Part shown: positions 8,757 to 17,420 of the stretch, piece after piece
How the letters are laid out: each line of letters starts with the position of its first letter
Position numbering within the stretch: position 1 is the stretch's first letter
Source of the DNA: an uncultured Chthoniobacterales bacterium
GTDB lineage: Bacteria > Verrucomicrobiota > Verrucomicrobiia > Chthoniobacterales > JAFAMB01
Length of the DNA: 42,392 nt
Direction of reading: 5' to 3'
Assembly: GCA_964252355.1 (NCBI GenBank)
Contig: CAXUNV010000003.1
Coordinates: forward strand, 1 to 42,392
Made by a program: the position numbers and the translations under genes
Notes under the pieces: generated by a model
What the model saw: the letters and a program-made list of their open reading frames with translations, nothing else
What the model was told of the DNA's origin: nothing
The model's database searches: none

Positions 8757-9013
8757 TTGCGTTGGTGGATACCCGACTCAAAAGGTCGGGCATGCTAACC
8801 TCATGTGCTCTCCCGCGAATCCGCTTGCTGTTCACCCGGCTTCTCTTCGCGCCCACCTTCGGCCGTGGCGAGGTTTCCACGTGCACCGTCGACCCCAGCG
8901 CCAGTGGCCCTAGTACCCACCGGTCCACCCGCGCGGACGTCGACCCCAAGTCTTTTCATGCAGTTTCCGGCTCAAGTCCGGCTGGTGGTAAGCCGACTCT
9001 ACCAGTACGGTTT

Positions 9014-9565
9014 ATGAATTCCATAAAAGGTACTTTGGTTGTAATCTCGTTAGCGCTCGCCGCGACGTCGGCGAATGCGCGGACTTGGTACGTCGAGCAC
9101 GGCGCGCCCGGCAAAAGCAACGGCACGTCCTGGACTGATGCCTGGCATCTGCTCACCGACATCAACGGTGTTCAGCCGGGCGATACGGTCTTGATTTCTG
9201 GCGGGAACGCGGCGGTGGCACCGGGCTACCACACCAACCCTGCCCCGACCACCTGGAGTCCTCCTTCCGGCATTGCCGGCAACCCGATCACCTACCGAAT
9301 CGGCCAAGACAAGGCGCATTCTAGCAACGCGCGGTTCTCGGTTGGTGCGCACCCTTGGCTCGGTTACCTCCACGACGTCGTCATCTCCGGCGATGCCGGG
9401 GACGGCAAAAACCATTTTACCCTGGACCCGGGCACCACGGCGCTATCGGTCGGGGTGCTACCGTCGTCCGTGAAGATCGACCACGTCGACACGTCCGCGC
9501 TCCCCACGAACAACAACCCGCCTTCCGGCTCCACGACGTGGGACGTCGGCCCATATCAGTCCTGA
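9014..9565 (+). CDS. Truncated paralogue (N-terminal ~180 aa only) of the secreted right-handed beta-helix family
   Basis: The ATG at 9014 gives the signal peptide MNSIKGTLVVISLALAATSANA, followed by RTWYVEHGAPGKSNGTSWTDAWHLL...VQPGDTVLISGGN...GNPITYRIGQD...ISGDAGDGKNHF. This aligns with the N-termini of the two downstream paralogues and ends where they continue (IDHVD versus ISYVDGG/FAYIDCG). Confidence 0.6.
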   Translation: MNSIKGTLVVISLALAATSANARTWYVEHGAPGKSNGTSWTDAWHLLTDINGVQPGDTVLISGGNAAVAPGYHTNPAPTTWSPPSGIAGNPITYRIGQDKAHSSNARFSVGAHPWLGYLHDVVISGDAGDGKNHFTLDPGTTALSVGVLPSSVKIDHVDTSALPTNNNPPSGSTTWDVGPYQS

Positions 9566-9597
9566 CCGGCGTTTTCACGGCTTAACAGAGACATGCT

Positions 9598-11007
9598 ATG
9601 AAAGAGAAATCATTCCTTCTGTTGTTCCTCTCCCTGGCGGGCGCGGCGTCGGCGTCGACTTGGTACGTCGATGCGCAGGCTGGCGCCGGCGGCAATGGCC
9701 AAAGCTGGGGTTCCGCTTGGCAGAACGTCACCGGCGTGGACGGGAATAAGGTCCAGCCGGGCGACACCGTCTACATCTCGGGCGGCCCGAGCGGCTACAG
9801 CCGGACCTACAACCTCTCGGCCGCGTGGGCGCCCGTGGAAGGTAAGTCGGGCAACCCGGTCAAGTACCAGATCGGTCAAGACTCGCAGCACAACGGCACC
9901 GCCCTGTTCGTCCCCGCCGCAGGGCAGGACTTCATCAACGGCTCCAGCCGCAACTTCTGGATCTCGGGCGATGCGGGGGATGGGGCGCGGCACTTTAAGG
10001 TCGGCGACGACAACGGCGTTCACTCCGTCTACTTCTCCGACTCCTACGTGTCCGGCGTCCGCATCAGCTACGTGGACGGCGGCGCGAAAAGGTCGGTTCC
10101 GTTCAGCCTCTACTACTATACCGGCTACTGCGAGATCGACCACTGCTACGCTAAAATGCTGGTCAACGACCGGGGCAGCACGGCCTGCTACGTGTTTACC
10201 GACGTGGGCGATACCCTTGCCGCGGACACCGTGAAGATCCACGACAACGAATTTCACGTCATGTACTACCCGGCCTCGCAAAACGACGGGGGACACCAGG
10301 GCTGGGGCGACGACGCCTTCACCGGCCAGTGGTGGACAGGCATTACCATCGCGCACAACAAGGTCGTGATGGAGCCGGACCCGAACTTCCTGGCTGAAGG
10401 CGACGACCAGCACGGGGACGGCTGCCAACCGTTGGGCGGCTCGAACATCACCATCGACGGCAACATCTTTCAGGATTGCGTCAATAGCGCGGTGTTCATC
10501 GACGCGGTCAAAGGCGGGTTCTCAAACCTTCGGGTCGTCAACAACATAGCGGTCACGGCGAGCGCCACAGTTCGCTACTTCCAATCGCTCAGGGGCTTCG
10601 AAATCATCGACCAGACCGGTAGCGGCACTTCGTTCTCACACGTCTACATCGACAACAATCTGTGCGACGGGGAGGACAACCAGTATCGCTATTCCGTCGA
10701 TACGGATTTCTATCCGGACGACCAGAACCCCAACACAAGAACGGCCTTGTCCGACATCCGGATTTTCAACAACGTTGGGATCGCCAACGGCGGGATGAAG
10801 ATCCAATCGTTGTCCGGCATGGCCAGCGGCAACAATGTCGTTTTGAGCTACGCGCAGGCGGCGAGCACGTTTGTACGCTACTCCCAATTCCATGGGGATA
10901 CTGCCGACTTCCACACGAAGGCGGGAGACACCCTGCTGCGCGGCAAAGCCCACGATGAGTCGTCGATCTTCACCGACAGCATGGACGGGCGCGCTCGCCC
11001 GAAGTAA
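9598..11007 (+). CDS. Secreted right-handed parallel beta-helix (pectate-lyase-fold) protein, paralogue 2
   Basis: Signal peptide MKEKSFLLLFLSLAGAASAS, then TWYVDA..GNGQSWGSAW...VQPGDTVYISGG, the canonical beta-helix N-cap. Motifs shared with paralogue 3 are IDHCYAK, HDNEFHV, GWGDDAF and DDQHGDGCQPLGGSNITIDGNIF. The C-terminal D..G..RP ending is typical of the fold. Confidence 0.75.
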   Translation: MKEKSFLLLFLSLAGAASASTWYVDAQAGAGGNGQSWGSAWQNVTGVDGNKVQPGDTVYISGGPSGYSRTYNLSAAWAPVEGKSGNPVKYQIGQDSQHNGTALFVPAAGQDFINGSSRNFWISGDAGDGARHFKVGDDNGVHSVYFSDSYVSGVRISYVDGGAKRSVPFSLYYYTGYCEIDHCYAKMLVNDRGSTACYVFTDVGDTLAADTVKIHDNEFHVMYYPASQNDGGHQGWGDDAFTGQWWTGITIAHNKVVMEPDPNFLAEGDDQHGDGCQPLGGSNITIDGNIFQDCVNSAVFIDAVKGGFSNLRVVNNIAVTASATVRYFQSLRGFEIIDQTGSGTSFSHVYIDNNLCDGEDNQYRYSVDTDFYPDDQNPNTRTALSDIRIFNNVGIANGGMKIQSLSGMASGNNVVLSYAQAASTFVRYSQFHGDTADFHTKAGDTLLRGKAHDESSIFTDSMDGRARPK

Positions 11008-11442
11008 GCACCTTTGAGATCGGTAACGGCGCACCGGGACTGCGGTCCCGGCAGAAGCCGAGGCGTTCGGGGCGGCCGGTTAGCACCAGCCGCCCCTGGC
11101 GTGTTTGGGATGGCCAAAGGTGACCCTCTTTCCTTAACTGGAGGATCGGCGGCGCTTGCCGGTGGCTTTGGGACGGCTCCCGCGCGGTTGGATCAGGATT
11201 AGCGCGGTTTTTCTCGACGCAGCTTCCGGTCGCATACTGGAGTGCCGGCACAGAATGGCGTTAGGGCGTTTTTCGGGTAGCTCGGAGTGTACAGTTCCGG
11301 CATAGTGCGAGCGGCGTGCCGGGCGACGACGGGTATGGCTGACTAGGGCGGTTTCCGCCCGAGTCGTCAGAAGGGCCGGTTTGAGGGGTGCACCAACAGC
11401 GGTCGCGATGGCCGCGGAAACTCTTTTATCTTTCTTCCGAAC

Positions 11443-12816
11443 ATGCATGCTATCCTTACTTCTCTCACCACCGCGCTGTTGATGACGGCCTCGGTCCCGG
11501 CGTTCGCCAAGGCGTGGTACGTGGATGCGTCGGTCGCCTCCAACGGCGACGGCAAGTCGTGGTCAACCGCCTGGAAGAACGTCACCGAGGTGACTGGAGT
11601 GGCGGCGGGAGACACCGTCTACATCAGCGGTGGCACAACCGGGTCGACCACGACCTACGAGTTCTCCGCCCCGTGGGCCGCGCCCGAAGGCATGGTCGCC
11701 AATCCCGTGGTTTACCAGATCGGGCAGGATGCAATGCACAACGGCACGGCAATTTTTGCCACCACGGGTGCGAATAATCTTTTAGGGGACGACGTCACGG
11801 GAATCACCTTTTCCGGTGACGCCGGTGATGGCGCGAAACATTTTCAGTTGGGCGGCAGGGGTACTGGAGGGGTGATCAACGCTTCGGATGGTTGTAAAGG
11901 CTTGCACTTCGCCTACATCGACTGCGGAAGTCGTCCTCACCAGATGTTCGGGTTTCGTTACTACGGGGGTGCGAACGAAGTGGACCACTGCTACGCGAAG
12001 TCCACGGCGAACGAGAAATCGTCGTCCCTGTTTTGGGTGTTCGCCCAAGAGGGGGCGACCTTTGCCGCCGACACGTTCGTCGTTCACGACAATGAATTTC
12101 ATGTGGAGTACGACCCTCGGCACGATGGTTGGGGCGACGACTGCTTCGCTGGCCAGTACTGGAGCGGTCTCACGATAAAGGGCAACAAAGTAGTGGCAGA
12201 CGCGCGGGCCGGATTCGATCAAATCAGCGACCAGCATGGAGATGGGTGCCAGCCCCTCCAAGGCAACAACTTCACCATTGATGGCAACCTGTTCATCAAT
12301 TTCCCGAACTACGCGGTTTTCATCGACGGCAATAAAGGTGGCTTCTCCCATGTCCGCGTAATCAACAACGTGACTTGCCTTACCGATGCCCATATTCAAG
12401 CCTTCAATAGCCCGCTCGGGTTTAGCATCATCGACCAGACAGGCGTGTCGGGAACCACCTACAACGACGTGGTAGTGGACAACAATCTCGCGGCTGACTA
12501 CGGAGGCCGCTACGCAGTCCACTGGGATCTTTACCCAAGCCAGAGCGATCCGGGTTTGCGCAGCGTGGTGACGAATTGCCGGTGCTACCACAACATCAGC
12601 GTGAATTCAGGTGGCTTTAACTTGGATCGTCGCGTCGCCAGCGGCAACAACGTGGCGGCGACCATGGTCACGGGCAGCGGGCACTTCGTGAGGTATACGC
12701 GCAACCATGGGGACGTGGCTGACTTTCGCCTCGTTCCCGAAGACACGTTGTTTAAAGGTAGCAACCGCGACAAGTCACCTCGCCTGACGAACGACCGGGA
12801 GAGGCCGGCGCGCTAA
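11443..12816 (+). CDS. Secreted right-handed parallel beta-helix (pectate-lyase-fold) protein, paralogue 3
   Basis: Signal peptide MHAILTSLTTALLMTASVPAFA, then KAWYVDA..GDGKSWSTAW...AAGDTVYISGG. The shared motifs are VDHCYAK, HDNEFHV, GWGDDCF and SDQHGDGCQPLQGNNFTIDGNLF. It is colinear with paralogue 2 over the full length. Confidence 0.75.
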   Translation: MHAILTSLTTALLMTASVPAFAKAWYVDASVASNGDGKSWSTAWKNVTEVTGVAAGDTVYISGGTTGSTTTYEFSAPWAAPEGMVANPVVYQIGQDAMHNGTAIFATTGANNLLGDDVTGITFSGDAGDGAKHFQLGGRGTGGVINASDGCKGLHFAYIDCGSRPHQMFGFRYYGGANEVDHCYAKSTANEKSSSLFWVFAQEGATFAADTFVVHDNEFHVEYDPRHDGWGDDCFAGQYWSGLTIKGNKVVADARAGFDQISDQHGDGCQPLQGNNFTIDGNLFINFPNYAVFIDGNKGGFSHVRVINNVTCLTDAHIQAFNSPLGFSIIDQTGVSGTTYNDVVVDNNLAADYGGRYAVHWDLYPSQSDPGLRSVVTNCRCYHNISVNSGGFNLDRRVASGNNVAATMVTGSGHFVRYTRNHGDVADFRLVPEDTLFKGSNRDKSPRLTNDRERPAR

Positions 12817-13208
12817 GGCCAACGCCCCGCCGCTAAACCCCAAATTCCTCTCCAGAGTCGCCGATCGAAGGTCATTCGGCGTCATCGATTTGAGGTTCAC
12901 CACCGGGCAGGGATCTCCGCTCGGACCAACGCCGCCGTGGAAAGTGGGTGGATATCGCTGGCTGGGAGTACGCCGTTTGGCGAGGAGAAGGGGCAGCGAT
13001 TGCCCCGACGCCAAACCGGCGCCGTTCACTGAACGGGGGCTCCGCCGGACCGGATGGTACCGAGTAGACCCAAACGGGTCTAAAATCTAGGACACAACGA
13101 ATTTAGCGCGGCTCGCACTTTGCTTAAGGCCAGCTGAATTTATGGAGATTAGACACGCCGTGGGCCGCGCGTGTGCGGCGGGTTTGACCCTCGAAGGGCG
13201 TCGGCAGT

Positions 13209-13949
13209 ATGCCCTTGCGAATGCTTCGTCAAGGATTGGCTATATGCACCGCGGCGCTCTTTGGATCTCTGGTTTTGCCCGGCACCACGCGGGCCGTCGA
13301 CCTCCGCCTCCTTTATACCGGCCAACTCGGCCAAGACGCACCGACGGTGGCAGGTCTGTCGGCCCCAGGCGCCAAGTTTTCGCTTACCCTGAACCTCAGC
13401 GCGGAGACGCTCGCCCGAGCAAACTTTCGCGGGGACAAACCTGAACCTCACACTTTCACCCAAGATTTTTTCCTGCTGGTGGATTCCGCAGACATCCGCC
13501 TCACCGTCAACGGGACGACGTTTCCAGCCCAGGGGGCGGGGCCTTCCAGCCCCAACCTGCTTCGTTTCGACAGCCAGTACTCGTCCGACGAACCCACGTT
13601 TTACCGTGGAAATGTCGAGGTGCAAACGGCGCCTGGGCTTTTCGACCTATTTGTAAACCTGGATCGCGATGTCTTTGGCGGTCCGCCTGGGCAGCCCCCG
13701 CCTATTCTCAAACCGGGCACCTACCATATCAGCGATGGCCCAAACGGAGCCTTTGCGAATTGGAATGGGCTCGACGTGATCACTTTTGAAAATGGCGACT
13801 ACGTAAATCATTTCGCCTCGTTAGATTCCACCACCCTGACGGTAAGCGCGGTCCCCGAGGCCCATCCAGCTTGGTTGCTGCTTTTCGGGTCGACTGCTCT
13901 GGCGTGGTCTTGGCGTCGGCGAGTCATGGACAAAGCGCGGTGTGCCTGA
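13209..13949 (+). CDS. Secreted PEP-CTERM-type sorting-domain protein (variant VPEA motif)
   Basis: N-terminal signal peptide MPLRMLRQGLAICTAALFGSLVLPGTTRA. The C-terminus, VPEAHPAWLLLFGSTALAWSWRRR, has the PEP-like motif, hydrophobic helix and Arg cluster of the PEP-CTERM architecture, followed by 8 extra residues. Confidence 0.7.
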   Translation: MPLRMLRQGLAICTAALFGSLVLPGTTRAVDLRLLYTGQLGQDAPTVAGLSAPGAKFSLTLNLSAETLARANFRGDKPEPHTFTQDFFLLVDSADIRLTVNGTTFPAQGAGPSSPNLLRFDSQYSSDEPTFYRGNVEVQTAPGLFDLFVNLDRDVFGGPPGQPPPILKPGTYHISDGPNGAFANWNGLDVITFENGDYVNHFASLDSTTLTVSAVPEAHPAWLLLFGSTALAWSWRRRVMDKARCA

Positions 13950-14062
13950 GGAAGCAGTTCGGCGGTCGGCTGTGGGCCAATGCGTCGCCTCGTAAAGCGC
14001 GGGAAGCACGTTTAGAAATCGGCGGTGGCGGAGCACCGGTCCTCCCGGGTTTAGAAGCACAC

Positions 14063-14935
14063 TCAACCTCCACCGGAAGAAACCGCGTCTAAACGCGCAA
14101 GGACGTCGGGGGTAAGCTCAAGGTGAGCTGCCGCGACGTTCTCCTCGAGGTGCACCTCCGAGCGCGTGCCCGGAATGGGGATCACGTTGGGGGCGCGATG
14201 CAGCAGCCAAGCCAGCGCGACCTGGGTCGGCGTCCGGCCGAGCTCGCGCGCGACTTCGCCGAGACTTCCCTCCCCGGCTGCCAGCGGCGCGCCTTGCACC
14301 ATGGGGTCTGCGCCCAGGGGGCCGTAAGGCAGGAAGGCGAGACCCAGTTCGGTGCAGCGTTTAACCACGGGATCGTTTTCCCGATCGGCGACGCTGTAGC
14401 GGTTCTGCACAGAGGCGATCGCCGCAATCGCCAACGCGCCATCCAACTGCACGCGGGTGACGTTTGACAGGCCAATTCGCCGAATTTTGCCTTCGACTTG
14501 AAGCTCTGCGAGGGCCGCGACCGAATCTTGGAACGGGGTGTTCGGGTCAACCCAATGGAGTTGGAAGAGTTCCAGCGCCTCTACCCGAAGATTCTTGAGG
14601 CTTTCCTCACAATCGCGCCGGAGGCCTTCGCGGCTACCGTCCAATTGGCGTTCGGTCGCCGACTTCTTCACCACGCCGCCTTTGGTCGCGATGAAGAGGT
14701 CGGCCGGGTACGGGTGCAAGGCTTCGGCGATGAGCCGCTCGTTCCAAGCCGGGCCATAGGCACGCGCGGTGTCGACGAAATTGACGCCTAAGTCAGCGAG
14801 ACGCCGGAGGAGCCGTTTGCCGGCTTCCCAGTCCGGGTAGGGACCGAAGTTCGACGGCTGGCCGGTCAGCCGCATGGCACCGTAGCCAAGTCGTCGCACC
14901 GTCCGCCCGTCCGGAAAAGAAAAGTCCAAGGTCAT
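14063..14935 (-). CDS. Aldo/keto reductase family oxidoreductase
   Basis: MTLDFSFPDGRTVRRLGYGAMRLTG..., VNFVDTARAYG, LFIATKGG, IGLSNV and PIPGT..HLEEN are classic AKR motifs. I prefer the ATG at 14935 over the upstream TTG at 14968. Confidence 0.85.
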   Translation of the reverse strand: MTLDFSFPDGRTVRRLGYGAMRLTGQPSNFGPYPDWEAGKRLLRRLADLGVNFVDTARAYGPAWNERLIAEALHPYPADLFIATKGGVVKKSATERQLDGSREGLRRDCEESLKNLRVEALELFQLHWVDPNTPFQDSVAALAELQVEGKIRRIGLSNVTRVQLDGALAIAAIASVQNRYSVADRENDPVVKRCTELGLAFLPYGPLGADPMVQGAPLAAGEGSLGEVARELGRTPTQVALAWLLHRAPNVIPIPGTRSEVHLEENVAAAHLELTPDVLARLDAVSSGGG

Positions 14936-14952
14936 GGCTGACCTTGGACTTT
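14921..14952 (-). promoter_or_regulatory. Perfect 13-bp inverted repeat enclosing the AKR ribosome-binding region and start codon
   Basis: aaagtccaaggtc(14921-14933) atggct gaccttggacttt(14940-14952). On the mRNA the AAGG Shine-Dalgarno-like element is in the 5' arm, the AUG straddles the loop and 3' arm, and codons 2-5 form the 3' arm. Confidence 0.45.
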
Positions 14953-15308
14953 CCTTGCGGACGCGCAATATGGAGGTGAAGGAACTAGACGGTCATTGGT
15001 TCACGGACGTGGGGCAAACGTGCCGGCTGCAGTCTGAGGGACTGAGTGGCGTTAGCGGAGAAGGTGCCCGTGAACTCGGCAGGCGGCTTCTTTACGGACG
15101 AAGCGTCCGCGCTCCCGGCGTCACCCGTGATAAGCGTCTTGGGGCGGCCTTCGCCTGCACTTCCCTTTGGCCTTTGCCATGGGCGATTTGCGATGCGCGC
15201 AGCGCCCGGGCACCCGCCCTTCCTAGTGGCTTAGGACGAAACCGGGTGGACGCATAGCCGCTCCACGGTTGTCCCTGCATGACCTTTGTTACCTTCTGTT
15301 CAGATTTC

Positions 15309-15938
15309 CTAAAACGGTTTGGCCGAGACGTAGATGACGTCGCCGCCATGAACGTAGATGGCCGGTTCGGGTGCGCCCCGGAAGACTTTGCCGATGTCGA
15401 GGACCTGCCGCTGGTGCTGACCATTGACGATGCGGATGAGGTAAACCTTGCGCGGGTCGCCGTACGGCGTGAAGCCGCCGGCTTCCATGATGGCTTCAAG
15501 GACGGTCGCGGGGCGTTCAAACGCGATTTTGCCGGGGTGTTGGACCTCGCCGGAAACCACGACCGGCAGGGCGCTGCTTTCTAAAGAGACCAAGACCTCG
15601 TTGTTCTGCAGGTGCGGTTTGTAAAGCTCGCCGAGTTCCGTGCGGAACCGGTCCAAGGACTTGCCGCTGGCCATCACCTCACCGATGAGCGGCAAGCTCA
15701 GTTTTCCGTCCGGAGGAATCTTTTGAGTTTGGCTAAGTTCGGGTGCGCCCGTGAATGAGACCCTGACAACATCTCCAGCCGACAGCACGGTCGGCCGCGG
15801 ATTGGCCGAGATGTTCTTGATTTCGGTCGGTTCGTCAGTCGATCGGCAACCCGACGCGAGCGCCATGGCGAGCGCCACGGCCAACCATGCAAACGTGGCG
15901 ACCCAACGTCTACGATCACGCGCCACCGGCCTAACCAT
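15309..15938 (-). CDS. Outer-membrane polysaccharide export protein (OPX, Wza-like; Poly_export + SLBB)
   Basis: GDVVRVSF...IPPDGKLSLPLIGEVMASGKS...VVVSGEVQHPGKIAFERPATVLEAIMEAGGFT is the Poly_export/SLBB signature. The ATG at 15938 gives a probable lipoprotein signal (WLAVALAMALASGC). The ORF maximum extends to 16013. Confidence 0.8.
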   Translation of the reverse strand: MVRPVARDRRRWVATFAWLAVALAMALASGCRSTDEPTEIKNISANPRPTVLSAGDVVRVSFTGAPELSQTQKIPPDGKLSLPLIGEVMASGKSLDRFRTELGELYKPHLQNNEVLVSLESSALPVVVSGEVQHPGKIAFERPATVLEAIMEAGGFTPYGDPRKVYLIRIVNGQHQRQVLDIGKVFRGAPEPAIYVHGGDVIYVSAKPF

Positions 15939-16000
15939 GCCTCCAAAAGGACACATCGGGTGATTCCAACGCACTTCTCGCAGCTTCGAATCCAACATCT

Positions 16001-17299
16001 TTAAGCTTTCCAAACTTTGCCTACCGCGTCCGGATTATTGGACATGACGTTGCGCGTGTCGATGATGCATTGCGCCCACTGGCCAAGCTCGCGGTAATTC
16101 ACAGAGGAGTGAGCGGTCATGACCACCACGGCATCAAACCCGGCGATGGTAGGCTTGTCCCAGGGAACGGACCGGGTGCCCGCCCAAGCGGCGTGCTCCC
16201 GCGTGGGCCGGATGACGGGCACGTGCGGGTCGTGGTACGCCGCCTCGGCACCGCTGGCTTTCAGCAACTCCAGCATCCGGTAGCTCGGCGATTCGCGCTC
16301 GTCGTCCACGTTCGGCTTATAAGCCAAGCCGAGCACTAAAACTTTCGAACCGTTAAGCGGTTTGCGTGCGGAGTTCAACGCCTCGGCCAACCGGTCTTTC
16401 ACGTAGACCGGCATGGCGGTGTTGATTTCGCCCGCCAGCTCGATGAACCGGGTGCTTCGCTCGAACTCGCGCGCCTTCCAGGTCAAGTAAAACGGGTCGA
16501 TCGGGATGCAATGGCCGCCGAGCCCCGGCCCGGGGTAGAAGGGCATGAAGCCGAACGGCTTGGTGCTCGCCGCTTGCACCACCTCCCAGATGTCGATCCC
16601 CATGGCGGCGTACACCACCTTGAGTTCATTGACGAGCGCGATGTTGACGCACCGGAAAATGTTCTCCAACAGCTTGGCGGCTTCAGCCACCCGGCAGGAA
16701 GAAACCGGCACAACGGTTTTGACGGCCCGAGCGTAGAGTTCCACGGCTTTCTGCAGGCAAGCCGGCGTGAACCCGCCCACGAGTTTAGGTACCTCACCCA
16801 CGCGGCTGGCGGGGTTGGCCGGATCCTCGCGCTCTGGCGAAAAGGCTAGGTGAAAACCTTCGCCCGCGCGCAAACCCGAGCCCCGTTCCAAGACGTGCCG
16901 CAGGTCCTCGTCCGTCGTGCCAGGGTAGGTGGTCGACTCGAGGACCACCAACACGCCGGGACGAAGGTGTGGTGCGACGGCCTCGCCGGTCTGTAGGACG
17001 AACGTGAGGTCGGGTTCCCGGTTCTTGTTCAGGGGCGTGGGCACGCAGATGACGACCGCGTCCACGTCCCGAACCAGGGAAAAGTCGGTGGTGGCGAGGA
17101 ACTGGCCTTCCCCAACCGGTTCGGCCACATTGGTCGACGGGATGTGCTTGATGTAACTGCGGCCCTCGTTGACCGCAGCGACTTTTTGGGCGTCAACGTC
17201 GAGCCCAACCACGCGCACCCCCGAACGGGCGAACTGCAGGGACAACGGCAGGCCCACATAACCGAGGCCGACAACGGCGACCCGCGGGGCTGTATTCAT
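16001..17299 (-). CDS. Nucleotide-sugar 6-dehydrogenase (UDP-GlcNAc/UDP-ManNAc dehydrogenase family, WbpA/TviB/WecC-like)
   Basis: The ATG at 17299 gives MNTAPRVAVVGLGYVGLPLS (Rossmann fold). Also present are EGRSYIKHIP, the catalytic-Cys motif GLGGHCIPIDP, and LGLAYKPNVDDERESP. The upstream 92 aa of the ORF overlap the neighbouring gene and look non-coding. Confidence 0.85.
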   Translation of the reverse strand: MNTAPRVAVVGLGYVGLPLSLQFARSGVRVVGLDVDAQKVAAVNEGRSYIKHIPSTNVAEPVGEGQFLATTDFSLVRDVDAVVICVPTPLNKNREPDLTFVLQTGEAVAPHLRPGVLVVLESTTYPGTTDEDLRHVLERGSGLRAGEGFHLAFSPEREDPANPASRVGEVPKLVGGFTPACLQKAVELYARAVKTVVPVSSCRVAEAAKLLENIFRCVNIALVNELKVVYAAMGIDIWEVVQAASTKPFGFMPFYPGPGLGGHCIPIDPFYLTWKAREFERSTRFIELAGEINTAMPVYVKDRLAEALNSARKPLNGSKVLVLGLAYKPNVDDERESPSYRMLELLKASGAEAAYHDPHVPVIRPTREHAAWAGTRSVPWDKPTIAGFDAVVVMTAHSSVNYRELGQWAQCIIDTRNVMSNNPDAVGKVWKA

Positions 17300-17420
17300 A
17301 GGTAAAAAATCCCGAACGCGTCGGGGAAGAGATGCTAGGTATCTATGCCGGTCAAGCGGAGCTGCGCTCCCACCTCGGGCCCGCAGCCGTTGCGCGAATC
17401 CGACGCGCGCCTGACCGGAG

